Assembly (NCBI GenBank): GCA_028534125.1
Contig: CM052816.1
Span: 101,680,001-101,744,000 of the forward strand
Length of the DNA stretch: 64,000 bases
From: Lama glama
Lineage: Eukaryota
Reading direction: 5' to 3'
Within the stretch, counting starts at the first letter, position 1. Each line of letters starts with the position of its first letter. The notes under the pieces were generated by a model. That model was not told the origin of the DNA. It saw nothing but the letters and a program-made list of their open reading frames with translations, and searched no databases. Shown piece after piece: positions 50,838 to 63,244 of this stretch. A program made the translations under genes and the position numbers.

Positions 50838-51298
50838 CGTGCCTGAAAACTCACCACCAGACCCAGGGCCACCACGGCTTTCTCCCATCGTGTCTTCTGG
50901 GAGGTTCATAGTTTCGCGTTTCACACTGAGGCCCGTGATCCGCTCTGAGTTGCCTGGGGGGGTGGGGGTGAGGTCTGGGTCTCCGTTCGTCTCCGGCACG
51001 TGGACATGAGCTCCTCCAGCACCGCACGCTGGGAGGACCGTCCCTGCCCCGCGGCGTCGCCTTCGCTCCTCTGCCGGAGGTCAGTGGTCCACACTTAGAG
51101 GGCTGCTTCTGGGCTCTCTGTTCCGTCCCGCTGTGGCCGTCTGTTCTCTCACCGGCACCGCCCTGGCCCCACTGCTGTGGCTCCAGTCAGTCCTGAGGCC
51201 GGGCAGTGTCAGTCCTCCAGGTCTGTTCCTCTCCCTCAGTGTTGTGTCCAATGCCCTGGGTCTTTTGTCTCCTCCCCATGTGAACTTTAGAATCGGTT
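50838..51298 (+). repeat. 461-bp direct repeat, copy 2 (partner 20609-21069)
   Basis: Offset 30,229 bp; 7 substitutions, no indels. Confidence 0.95.
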
Positions 51299-51300
51299 CC

Positions 51301-51407
51301 CTGGTGGTGGCGGGGCAGCTCAGTGGTAGAGCGCATGCTTAGCATGCAGGAGGCCTTGGGTTCAATCCCCAGTACCTCCATTCAAAAAAAACAGTAATAA
51401 TAATAAA
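51301..51407 (+). mobile_element. tRNA-Ala(AGC)-derived SINE (camelid vic-1-like)
   Basis: A box AGCTCAGTGGTAGAGC, CTTAGCAT anticodon-like loop, B box GGGTTCAATCCCC, A-rich tail, and TSD TAGAATCGGTT / TAGAATCAGTT. Confidence 0.88.
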
Positions 51408-54027
51408 TAGAATCAGTTTCTCGATATTCACGTAAAATCACTTGCTGGGGTTTTTCACTGGGAGTGGTTGTATGCAGGGGTTGTGCTGGGAAGGCCTGAC
51501 GTCTGGACCACCGAGTCTTCCTGCTCATGAGTGCAGATACCTCTCCATTTACTTCGATCTTCTTTGATTTCTTTCATCCAAGCTTAGAAGTTTTCCTCGT
51601 ATACGTCCTGCACGTATTTTGTTAGGTTTATGCTGAGTGTGGTTTTTCGGTGCCAGTGTCAAACTTCTAATTCTATGTGCTCACTGCTGGTTTACAGGAA
51701 AGCAGGCGGTGCCACAGCCCTGCTGTCATCACGCGTTAGTTCCAGGAGTTTGGGGTTGATTCTTTGGGATTTCCTACTCAGATGATCGTGTCACCTGGGG
51801 ACCAAGGTTCCTGCCTCTCCCTGCCCAGCGAGGCCAGTGTGTGGGCCCGGAGGCTCCTGGCTTCGCTGACAAGTGCTGGGCATTTCAGGCCCTCTTGGCC
51901 GGGACCTGCCCTGACATGTGTTGGGCAAGGTGTGATGTGAGCTTCCCGGAGGTGGGAGAAGACACGAGGACCTGCCCTGCGCTGCCCTGCCCTGCCCTGC
52001 CCCACACGCTTGCTCTCTAAGTTCTGGGGTTTCCACCAAGATTTCAGATTTCAGCTCTCACCACATGTCGCCAGGGAACAGCAAGAGCCTCTCTTCCGTC
52101 TCCCCAGCCACCTCTCGGTTTACCAGATGTTGGTGCTGTTTTCGACGCACTCTAGTAACTCGGCCCCAAACACGCCAGCCACCATGCTGGCCCCACACTC
52201 CATGTCCCCGCACTCCTTCCCACCTGGTCCTGAGGTGCTGGGCCCCAAAGCTCCCGTCCGCCGAGCGCGGCACTGGCTGCTCGGCCCCACTGCCCGCCGC
52301 TGTGCCCCGGCCTCGCCTTCTGTCTCACGGAGCCCTGTGCTTGGTGGACTCGTTCTCCACCAGCGTGACGTCCCCTTGTTCCTTCGGGGACTGGCTGCGC
52401 GGTGGAGGGTGACATCGACTGTCCTGAGCAGCCCAGTGAGCCCTGGATTCATGCTGGGGGTGCCCTCCCCCCAGCAGTGGTGTGCACTGAGGTAGACGTC
52501 ATTGCTCCCACTGCGCTCTGTCCCTGGAAACGCAAGTCCGTCATCGGGAGAGGTTCGTGGTGGCTCTGCCCCTGTCTCTCTCGCTTGCTCATCCGAGAGT
52601 CCCCAGGCCACCCTCTCTCCTCTTGAGTTTTCTCTCCTGCCTTTTGTGTCTCTGTCTTGTTCTTCCGTCTTCTGAGAGCATCTTTAACTTCACCTTCCAG
52701 TGTCCCCATTGAGTTTTAAGCTTCTACTGTCGTAGCTTCTCACGTTTAATCAGCGGCTCTAAATCTCTGTGTGCACCTTCTAGTCAAGGACACAGCTCCT
52801 GCACCAAGTGTGCGTCGCGGTGCTGTTTGAAGCCCGCCCTCCCTGCGTGTGGCATTTCGTCACTTGCTTTAGGTGTTGCTGCGGTCACAGGTGTTTAGGC
52901 CCAAGACTACCTCTGCCCCCAGTGGCCGGAGGGGCTGGGGCCACGCACATGGGAGCTGGACGGCACAGTGCCCGGCGGGGAGCGTGTGGGCTGTTGGGGT
53001 GGGGAGGCCAGGATGCCAGTGTCTCCAGATCCCGCTTCCCGTTGGCCCCGCCAGAAAACCAGAAATAAAGAAAATAAATGACACCAGTCCCCTGTTGTTT
53101 GCATCGGTCCTTGGAGGAAGCACTTGACCCACCTCCCCTGCAGGAATCTGACTTCCTCTTTACGGCAGCCCAGCAGGGCCTAAGCTGTCGTCTCACGATG
53201 AGGAAACCAAATCTCAAAAGGATGAAACAATAACTGGCCAGGGAGCAGCTTCCTCAGAACAGAGGCCGCGGATGTGCAGGAACCGTCACCCTTGGCCTTC
53301 TGACGGGTGCTGGTCCGAGGGCCGCCCCGGCCCAGGGCCCAGCAAGGGGGCCTGGGGGGCAGCCCCTGCCCTTGCCCTGAGCCTCCCGCAACGCGGGCAA
53401 ACGAACGATGTCCCCGGAGGGGTGTTGTCTGTGCCTCTGCCCCCAGGGGTGGCTGACGCACCTCGGCCTGGCTAGTCTCACAGCTGACGCACCTCGGCCC
53501 AGCTGGCCTCGAGACCTGGCGCCTGAGCGGGCTCCTCGGACAGTCGCCCCCTTGAGGAGCCTGCGGATCTCTTGCAGGGCCGCCTCCTGTCAGAAGTTCT
53601 GGGTCCCAGTGCTCCCTGCTGCTCTGCGTCTGGGTGGTGGCCTGTGACAAAGTCCTGGCTTCAGGGGACGATAGCGGTGAAGTGGTGTCCCGGCAGCCAC
53701 GTGAGCGCCAGGCGTGGTTTATGACACCTTGGGACGTTGCCCACACATTTTATCTGCACAAAAGATAAACGAAAATTCAGAGAAAATGGCCTTGCTGGAA
53801 TTTTTCGCGTGAAGGTGTCAAGGTCAGTAAGCTGTAACCTTGCTCCCTGCAGGCATTCCCCAAACCCACCCCAAAGTGAAGGGTCCTGTATCCTCACCTC
53901 GCGGACTTCATGGTGCATTTGATCACTCAGCCTCCAGACCTCCAGCTGACCACCCCCCCCACCGAGGTCAAGTCTTCTCTCCTCCCACCACTGCCCACGA
54001 TGTGATTGACTTTTTCTGTTCTTGAGA

Positions 54028-54129
54028 TTTACTTACTCATTTATTTATTTTAGAGGAGTTGCTGGGATTGAACCCAGGACCCTGTGTAAGCTGAGCACGC
54101 GCTCTGCCACTTGAGCTGTGCCCTCCCCC
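54028..54129 (-). mobile_element. tRNA-derived SINE (camelid vic-1-like), antisense
   Basis: Reverse complement reads GGGGGAGGGCACAGCTCAAGTGGCAGAGCGCGTGCTCAGC...GGTCCTGGGTTCAATCCC plus an (AAAT)n tail. Perfect 10-bp TSD GTTCTTGAGA at 54018-54027 and 54130-54139. Confidence 0.9.
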
Positions 54130-54764
54130 GTTCTTGAGACTAAACGTCGAAGAATGCCTTTTCAGGCTGTCCAGCCCCTGGGGCCACCGGCCCTCAGCTT
54201 CCTCATTCTGTAAAAGCAGAGTCACTGAGTACATGCCATCCTGTGGCCCTTTTACGTCCGCTGCAGACACAGGGCGTCAGCGTGGTGCTGGCGCTGGGGT
54301 CTGGGATTCTGATGCCGACACCTTACTTCTACTGCCTTTGCTCTTTGAGCCAGCGAGCCCATCACAGCTCAAGATCAATGAATTATTCTGTGAAAGAAGG
54401 TCTCAGCGGCCCGATTCCCAGCCGCCTTCAGCAGTCACACCCTGCATGTCATTAAATCGACACAGTCAGCTTGAACCCCCTGTGCCTTGGCCTCTGCCGC
54501 GGAGCCCTGCTTGGGGCTGGGCTGGGGTGGCCCTCTGCCCCCCCCCCCTTCGGAGGTCCTGGCCCAGCCCCAGCCCCAGCCGCGCCCAGCTCACCTCACC
54601 CCCAAGCTGGGGTGCCCACCTCACCTCGGACCTGCTGCTTTCAGGCCCCTCCCCCACCCATGCCCCCCACCCCAGGACCTCAGCCTTTCTCACACCTGTT
54701 CCAGCTTCCCTTGAAGATGGATCAACAGAAACCATCTACTCTGAAGTGCTTCCCAAGTCCATGA

Positions 54765-55950
54765 ACATATATCTTTCACCAAATTAGGGAGGTTTTTGTC
54801 ACTGTTTCTCCAGGTTTTCCTGCCCCGCCTTTCCTCTCCTCTCCCCCGGGCTCCCATTACACTCTTATTGGAGTTTTGTCCCGCAGCCACTGGGGCTCTG
54901 TTCACTTTCTACCTTTGTTCTGCGGGTTGGGTAACTTCTACTGGTCTATCTCCGTCTGCTGTCAGCTACCTATCAGATACTGAATCCTTCGACTCTAGAA
55001 TTCCAGTTTGGTTCTTCTAGATGTCTTCTATTTCAGGGGTCAGCAGACTCTGCCCACGGGCTGGCTACCTGTTTTTGTACATAAAGTTTTATTGGAACAC
55101 AGTGGTATCCATCTGTTTATATAGGTTATGACTGGTTTTGTGCTATAGTGGCAGAGCTGAGCAATTGAAAAGCGGACTGAATAGCCCACAAGCCTAAATG
55201 ACTTATTGCCTGGCTTTCTGAGGAAAAAAATTGCTAACTACTGTTCTCTTCCACTGCTGAGGTTTACTGTTTGTTTATTCATTACAACCATATTTTCCTT
55301 TACATCCTTGAGCATAGTTATAATAGCTGTTTTTAAATCTTTATCTGCTAATTCCAGCATCTGGGTCATCTTGAGGTCGCCACTGGTTTATGGATGCCAT
55401 TTTCCTGTTTCTTTGTGGGTCTGGTCATCGTAGGTTGTTTCCAGGATGTTGTGGTGTATACATCGTAGAGACTCTGCATTCTGTTCTGTGATTTTTGTAG
55501 TTGTTGTTGCATTGTGGTTTTGCCAGGACTGGACTGAAACTCCAAAAATCTGTCTCATGTGGTGACAGCAGCCAAAACCTCTGGACTTTTAGCTTCTGTT
55601 AACAGCTTGGGGCCTGCCTCTCTAATGTGTAATTCAAGGATCAGCCAGACATTTAGAGAGAGTCCGTACACAGAATTTGGGGTTCAGCCTCTCAGGCGCT
55701 TTCCTTTCTGGGATTTGCCCCCTCTCTTTTCGGCTACTGTGGTCACCCTGACCCCTAGCCTCTGATTTTGTAATCCAGTAAGACTGCAGGTTTCTATTTG
55801 GTTTTGGCTGCTCGGCGTGGCCCTGGCTGGGACCTACCCTCTGGCTTCTGCCTCTGTTTGGTCCTTCCTCAGTGTTGTGCTTGTTGCACATGCTTTTCCA
55901 GAGTTCATGGCTGTTATACCCAAGGGACAGTTGGCTGGACAGCTGTCGAT
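54765..55950 (-). mobile_element. Old L1M ORF1/5' region, antisense, interrupted by MER58
   Basis: TCTTTCACCAAATTAGGGAGGTTTT...CTAGAATTCCAGTTTGGTTCTT...ATAGTTATAATAGCTGTTTTTAAATCTTTATCTGCTAATTCCAGCATCTGGGTCATC. Confidence 0.8.
55034..55243 (+). mobile_element. hAT-Charlie MITE (MER58A-like)
   Basis: CAGGGGTCAGCA...CCTGTTTTTGTACATAAAGTTTTATTGGAACACAG...TTGCTAACTACTG, with degenerate terminal inverted repeats and an imperfect 8-bp TSD TTCTATTT / TTCTCTTC. Confidence 0.85.
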
Positions 55951-56924
55951 GGCTGGTCTATCCAGCAGTAAAGGTGTGATTGTCACACATCCTTCTCCCT
56001 AATCTTTGAGGTACAGTCAAACATGAAATGGTAAGAAAGCAAAAGTTAAAACATGAAGTCCTTTGTATGTGGCACACTTAGGAGCAGACAGACACAGAAG
56101 GGTGGAGGAAAAGTCACTTGGGGAGAAGGACGCTTCATGCAGAGCGAGGCCGCGGCTGTAGACCCAGCTGGTGCTCAGGGCCATGCCACTCACTCCTGGC
56201 TTCACTCGACAGCATTTAGTAGTCATTATCGTTAATGTGTATAATGGTATGTGACCTGCCCTACAAGGGCTGGCATCTGGGTGGACACCTCTGAACACAG
56301 AACGAGGACTGTACTTTGAGTAACAGTGCTCGTCTGAGCACTGTCCTGCAGAGGCTGGCCGTCCTCTGTCCTTGTGTCACGTCTGCTGTTCATGATGGTT
56401 CAGAGTTGAAGAATCTGCCACTTCCCTAGGAATCCACTAACAATGTTCACTTCTTAATTTAAAAATTGACAGTTCGCTTGAGTTTTAGAAACATGCAATG
56501 TTTAAAGGATTCTGTGGTTGGGAGCAGACGGGCCGGTCCTGAAAGGCTGCATCACTCTGTGGCGTGGGAAGCAGCCACTTCCAGGGAGCGGGGCTCCCCG
56601 CACAGCCCTCCCCAGGGAGAGGCCAGGGCCTTGCCCTTCTGACAGGAACCTCAGGGCACGGATCCAGAACACCGTTGCAGGCAGGAGGTGTGGGGACAGT
56701 AGACAGTAGACAGTGTTTTCAGAAACTACAAATATCTTCACCTTCCGCCCCAGGCTCGGAGGCTGACACGTTTACTTCAAGTCCCCACAGGGTGCTGGGT
56801 GAGCTCAGCCACTGACGTGGGACCCGGAGTGAGGGGCCTGCCCCTCTCCTTGTGGGGGTGGGGCTGAGGGGACCCCACACTGTAGTTGCAGAGAGTGCTG
56901 GAGAGTTAGGGCTGGACCAGGGTG

Positions 56925-57020
56925 GGTGTGTGTCTGTATGTCTGTGTCTGTTGTGTGTCTCCGTGTGTCTGTGTGTCTGTGTGTCTGTGGGTCTGGGTGT
57001 CTTTGCTCCTGAGTGTGTGA
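56925..57020. repeat. Low-complexity (TG/TGTC)n simple repeat
   Basis: GTGTGTGTCTGTATGTCTGTGTCTG...GTGTCTGTGTGTCTGTGTGTCTG. Confidence 0.85.
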
Positions 57021-60000
57021 CGTTTCAGGTCCAACTCTGACCCACTTATCCTCCTGAGCAAGGGGGGTCCCTGCACTTCCCACTCTTCCACCTGGAGGGT
57101 TTTTACTGTTTGCCTGTCTGTTTCATCAGCAGGCTTTGGTGTCCAAGCCTCGAACCTGTTAAAATAAAACCAGGGGATTTACTGTGCTGCTGCGCTCGCG
57201 TGGACTCAGCCGGATCTCGCCGAGAGGACCTGGGGGTGGCGGTGGCCGCGCAGGGCCTGACGCCAAGCCCAGGTCCCTGGCTGCCTTCCGAGGGGGAGTG
57301 ACGACCGTCAGTGATGACCTTCCCGGGTCCCCCGCACCCGCTCTGCTGGGACCCACTCTAGAAGTGGCTGGCGGGCCAGACGGCGCTCGCGACCTTTACC
57401 ACCGGTCGTAGGGTTTGTAATTAGAAGTAAAAGCGTGTGTTTCCTGCCGTTACCGTCCTGAGCTGCGCGTCTGTGCTTAATTAGCTGTGACTCTCCAGAC
57501 TTGGTCATCAGTGACCTGCGGGCTTAGAAGCCGCAGCAATGTTCCCCATTGGGAGGCCCAACTGAGCGGGCAGCTCTGGGCCGGCCTCACCCGGCTCCTC
57601 GGGGCCTCTGCCATCGAGGCACCTGGATTCCATCCTCCACAAAGGCTCCCACCCATCTCCTGCGGCTGCTATCGCCCTGTCTGGTGGGTCCCGGGAGCCT
57701 GGGTCTCATGTCCTGCCCACATCAACACCTCAAATATTTGTCAAGTCAGAGACTCCCGGAAGCTGCTGCCCGAGAGTATCCCTGCGCATCTGGGTCTGAT
57801 CGGGCAACCTGGACGGGCACCTGGGTGCACACATGGTTGGGCGCTGGCCTCCACACACACGCACATGGCTCCCTCATGGTCTCAGGCGTCCTCTGCCCTT
57901 TCAGCCTAAGGGCTTGGAATCCTGATGGGAAAGGCCGCCACACACTTCCCAAGGTCACAGCCACCCTGTGGCTATAGGGAGCTCCCCCTACACGTGGCCT
58001 TGGACACGGCCCTTCTGTGATCGTGGCCCAGGCTCTGGGTCAGGCCAGATGCAGAGGCCCCAGAGCTGTGGGGCCCAAGGTGCCGAAGTTATGGCTCCAA
58101 CTTGTTCTGTGGCCCCTTCTCTCTTTGGAGGAAAAGAAAGCGGAGAGTGGGAGGGAGGGTGGGACCGTCAGCGTGGACCGAGGCACTGGGGGACTATGGT
58201 GAGGAGTGGGGTGGACAGCCTGCTGCCCCTCAGCAGCTTTCACAGCCCAGCTCCCACCGCCCACCCCCTCACCGTGTGCTGCCCCAGAGGAGCAGCCTCC
58301 CGGGGTCTTCCAGACACCGTCCGTCCCTGGGGCTGCGGGCGTGGATGGAGGGCTTGGATGGGGGGCCCAGAGTGGATGCTTTGGCTGCTGCCTGCTGTCC
58401 CCACCTGTCATCGGGCAGAGTTTCACATGACCTGTGGCTGCGTGGGGCCATCCCGTCCTAATAATGCACAGGCCAGGGGAAGGAAGGGTCTGGACTGCAG
58501 GCACTCGGCCTGACCGGCTGCAACAGGTGAGAGGCCCAAGGCAGTGGCGCACGCCCCTGTGGCCCTCGGACCCCTGAAATGCCCATTACGCACTTAATGG
58601 GTGAACCAGTAGCAAATTGCCATTTAAAATCAATTGAGTCTTCAATTTAATTAGCTCATTACAATGCGGACTGCCGTCTGAATGGGGGTCACGGGAGCAG
58701 GGGAGCTGCCCGCAGGCCTGACCAGTCCCAGGCTGGCGGGGCGGCTCGGGAAAAATCCCCATCAAGCAGCGACCCCAGCACTCTGGGCGAAGACGGAGAA
58801 CGGACGGACCCCTCCCCCAAACCAGAGAGACAAGCCAGTAGCCGGTCGCCCAGCTGACAGCAGCCCGGCATAAGGACAGAGGAGACTCAGTGCGAAGACA
58901 CACCCTTGCTTCAGGGATGTCCTCAAAGACAGAAAAACGTCTTCCGGCCACTGGACAGAGGAGCAAGCAAACAAGTGACCGCGTGGGAGAAACTAAGTGA
59001 AAGCCAGGCTGGTCTGACCCTTCCTCCAGGTCTGGGGGTCCGGGGACCAGCTGGGCAGACACCGCCAACGTGGGAGGACGACGGCCCGAGGGGGGACCGC
59101 GCGGGAGGGGCTGTGCGGGCGGGGGGGCCCGCAGCACCTCTGACGCCGCGGGGACGCTGGGGGGCCCAGCACTCACGCTGGGGCTTCGGGAACAGCACCT
59201 GTTCAGGGAGCCTCTCTCTCCAGAGTCGGGCAGGTCTTTCGCTTCAGGACTATTTTTAAGTATTTTCTTTGCTAAATTCAAGTGAAGTTAATTGAACGTC
59301 GAAAGCTTAGCAGAAAATGTGGGCGTGAGAATGGCTGTTTCAAGCACAACACGAAACTCAGAAGCCACAGGACAAAAGAGCAACGAAGTTACCGACACGG
59401 GTGTCTTCATTAGCAAAGCAAGAGGACAGTGACAGTGGGGCTGTGCCTCCACCAGTGCGTGAAGAGCCTGTCGGTGGGAAAGGGCGAGATGACCTGGCGA
59501 CGCAGGCAGCCAAGGCACCGAGACGCGGTCCACGGAAGAGGGAGAAACGTCCTCCGAGTGGGAAAAGACGCTCCGACCTCGGGCAAGGTGAAAGTCGGAC
59601 TAACTCCTCGGGGAGGCTGCTCCCACCGGCCTGGGACGGCTGCCCGCCCTGGGGGCTGGGGGCCGGGTGATGGGCGCGCCCCGAGCGGCCCCCCGCCCGC
59701 CTGCAGGCACCACCTGCACAGAGGTGTGTCCAGCATCGCGTGATGCCGTCTGCCCAGCCGCGCTGCGTTTGTGTATATATAGTTCTCAATGGGGAGAAAG
59801 TTCAAGTTACTTTTTCTGTGGGTTTTCAGGGCTTACTTCCAAGTGAGGGCATCTGGCCTGAAGTCGGCTTCTTATTCTCCCGTTATCCAAATTAATAAGG
59901 TTTTCCAGTAACTGGCTGCCTTACAGGAATGCGGTAGAGGATCAGGCAGGGGGTCAGCGAGGACTCCGGCTTCCTGAGGGGCAGAGTGCTGTTCCCAAGG

Positions 60001-62584
60001 ATCACCTGGTTCCCCAGCGCCATCCTGCCCACTGCCCTGCAGCTGTCACAGGTGAACCCACAGTGACTGGAGGATCCACTGTGAACCTCTCATTTGAGAA
60101 GCAATCTGGCGAAAGACCAAACACAAGCCCCAGGACTGGAAGCCACCCCTGGGCCGTCCCCTCTGCCGCCCTGTGGGGGGCTGGCCAGGGGTCAGCAGCC
60201 ACTCGTGCTCCCCACACCTGGCCCTGGGCCCAGTGACCTGCGGTATCGGCCTTGTCCTGGTCACCGAATTCTGTCTCCAGGGAGGCCCCCAGACCAGCAG
60301 GCAGCAGCCTCCTCCCTCAGCTCACTGGACAGGCACCTGCCGCATGGCCCTGAGTAGGAAGAGGAGCAGGTGCGGGGTGGTCATGAATGTGATCCCCGCT
60401 GGGGCCCGAGGGGACCAGGAGAACAGCAGAAGACACACTGATCACAGGAAAGAGCGACTGGGGAACGGGGACGAGGGCCAGCCCTCAGCTGCTTGCTCGG
60501 GACAGCCTGGGAGTTTGTGGAGGCAGAAGAGGACGTTGCCTGCACCCCAGAGAAAGGTGTACCCTTGCCCGTGGCCCAGCAGGGACAGGGACACAGGGGA
60601 CACCTTGGGAGAGCACTGAAAAAGAGCTCCAGGACACCACGCCCATCAGGAAGAAGAGAAAATGACAAACCCACTGTTTCCGGACTTGACTAGTGAACAA
60701 GGGGGGCTTGGACGGAGGGGCGTGTGCCCCAGGCCTCTCTGTGCCGCACAGTGGGCGGTCCCGAGCCCAAGTCCACCACGGAGCACCCATAGCACAGCTC
60801 CCGAGGGGCCTGCAGAGCCGTCCAGTGCAGACCATCCCCGGGCCAGCCCAGGGCCTGCCAAGTCTGGTGTCTGGAGCAGGGCCAGAGACCTGCAGGGCTT
60901 CTTGTGTGCGTGGCCGTCGGGGCGTCGATCCTTGGGACTGGGGCACTGGGGTGGGGCACAGCCTTCTGGGTCCCTTCCCAAAGCCTGGGCGGACTCCCCC
61001 ATCATGTGGCCCTGGGTGGGGAGAGGAGCTGCTGTCCTGGGAAGAGACGTGTCTCTCTATGTCCTCGCTGGGAGCTGGCCCTGGCACCCGGATCCGGGGA
61101 AGCAGGTGCTGCTGAGGACAGGGCTCTCGGGTCGTGTGCTGGGGGCCTGCCTTTCTCCCCACATCAGAGTCCCTGCCATGCTGGGCTCCCCCCTCCAAGG
61201 GCACATGAGCCCCTGGACCTCAGTGAGGCCACACTCCAAAGGCCTTCCTGCTGATGAGCGGGGCAGGGCCTGAGGACTTCCACGGAACCACCCCCTGGGG
61301 CCACGCTTCACACGGGCAGCATGGTTTGGTAACTGTCAGTCACGTGGCAATGTTGAGGCACTAGCCTCCTGGCCGTTGAGTTTCTCCATGAAGGCAGGTC
61401 CCCTGTGCCGGCTTCCTGGGCAGCTGCATGTGGGGAAGCAGAGATGCTGCCCACATCTGACTGTGTGAAAACTTACCGAGGAAGAAGCAGGACCTTGACT
61501 GGAAAGCGGGTGTGCAGCTCAGGCCAGGAGCCTGCGGGCTCGGGGGGCAGGGACTGCAGTGGGTCCTCGGGTCCTGGGAGCGTCAACCCGTCCTGCCTCT
61601 GCCCTGAACCCTGACCGCTCCTGGGCCATCACACTGCATCTCTGACTCAGAGAGGACTGTCCCCGGGAAGAACAGCGATGGCGTGGGCCCTCCTTCCTCA
61701 GGGAGCCGCCTTGAGAGCTGGCGTCCGACCCCCAAAACGTCCCGTGGTCACTGACGAGGACACAGGCCAGGGAGCGGATGTGGGGGCCACAGGACCAGAA
61801 CGGCAGGCCCAGCCGGGATTCGTCCCCTGGGATGCTGGGGGCAGGGTTGGCGCCGGTCAGACACCTTGTCGGGTCCCAGTAGCACCCTGTGCTCTGCGCC
61901 CCTTTCCTCCCTGCTGCGCTGGGGTCCTGGCATCGCGAGGACTCTCTCCTTAGAACACAAAGACTCCCAATAAACAGAACTTCGGTGAATAGAGATGAGA
62001 ACTACCCCAAACGTGGCTTCAGCTCGAAAGCCCACCTCTCTGTCAGCGTTCCAACTATTTTGAAATCAGGCTTAACACAGGATTCTTACCACTTTTCTCC
62101 CTGAGTCTTAAAACAGAACAAAGGAGAAATGGCCCCAGAGGTCTGTGCATGGGCCTCCCTCCAGGTCTTGTCAGGGTTGACGGACTGAGGGAGCCGAGGG
62201 GCCGGCGTCGGTGGTGAGACCTCTGGGGACCCGCTGCCCCGACAGTGTGAATGCAGGCTGCAGGGCTACATGCTGTCAGGGAGCCCTGGAGACCCTGGCC
62301 TTACAAGGCTGTCTTCTCGGGGGGCTCCGACCCTGGGAGAGCCAGGCAGAGAGGACAGTCTGCATGGGGTCCCTCCAAGGAAGATAGAAACATAACTGGG
62401 CTTCGAGCAGAGTGACAGCCTCGGTCACCAGATGTGACACAAGGGACGAGTCCAGAGTAGGTCACCGAGACCTGGGGGCCTGGGGCCCTGGCCACACATC
62501 CTGGGCCTTCGTCCTCAAGCATGAGTTCCCTCTGGCCTGACTTCATCACGAGGCCTCCCCATGGTAGTGGGGGCCATTCTCTAA

Positions 62585-63244
<660 letters not shown>

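Larger units (their letters stand above)
49690..51790 (-). mobile_element. L1MC/L1MD-type element, antisense; copy B (carries a SINE insertion)
   Basis: TTTTTAGTGACATTGCAGATTGACAGAGCAACTGAGCAG...TTTTCAGACGGGCTTCCTTCGCTTAGTAA...GTTTCCTTATTGAGTTTTAAGAGTTCTTTGTA...TCTTTGATTTCTTTCATC. Confidence 0.9.

Noticed and set aside
51305-51380. Apparent tRNA-Ala(AGC) gene
   Set aside because: The acceptor stem pairs poorly, and it has an A-rich tail, a flanking TSD and sits inside an L1. It is a SINE, not a tRNA gene.
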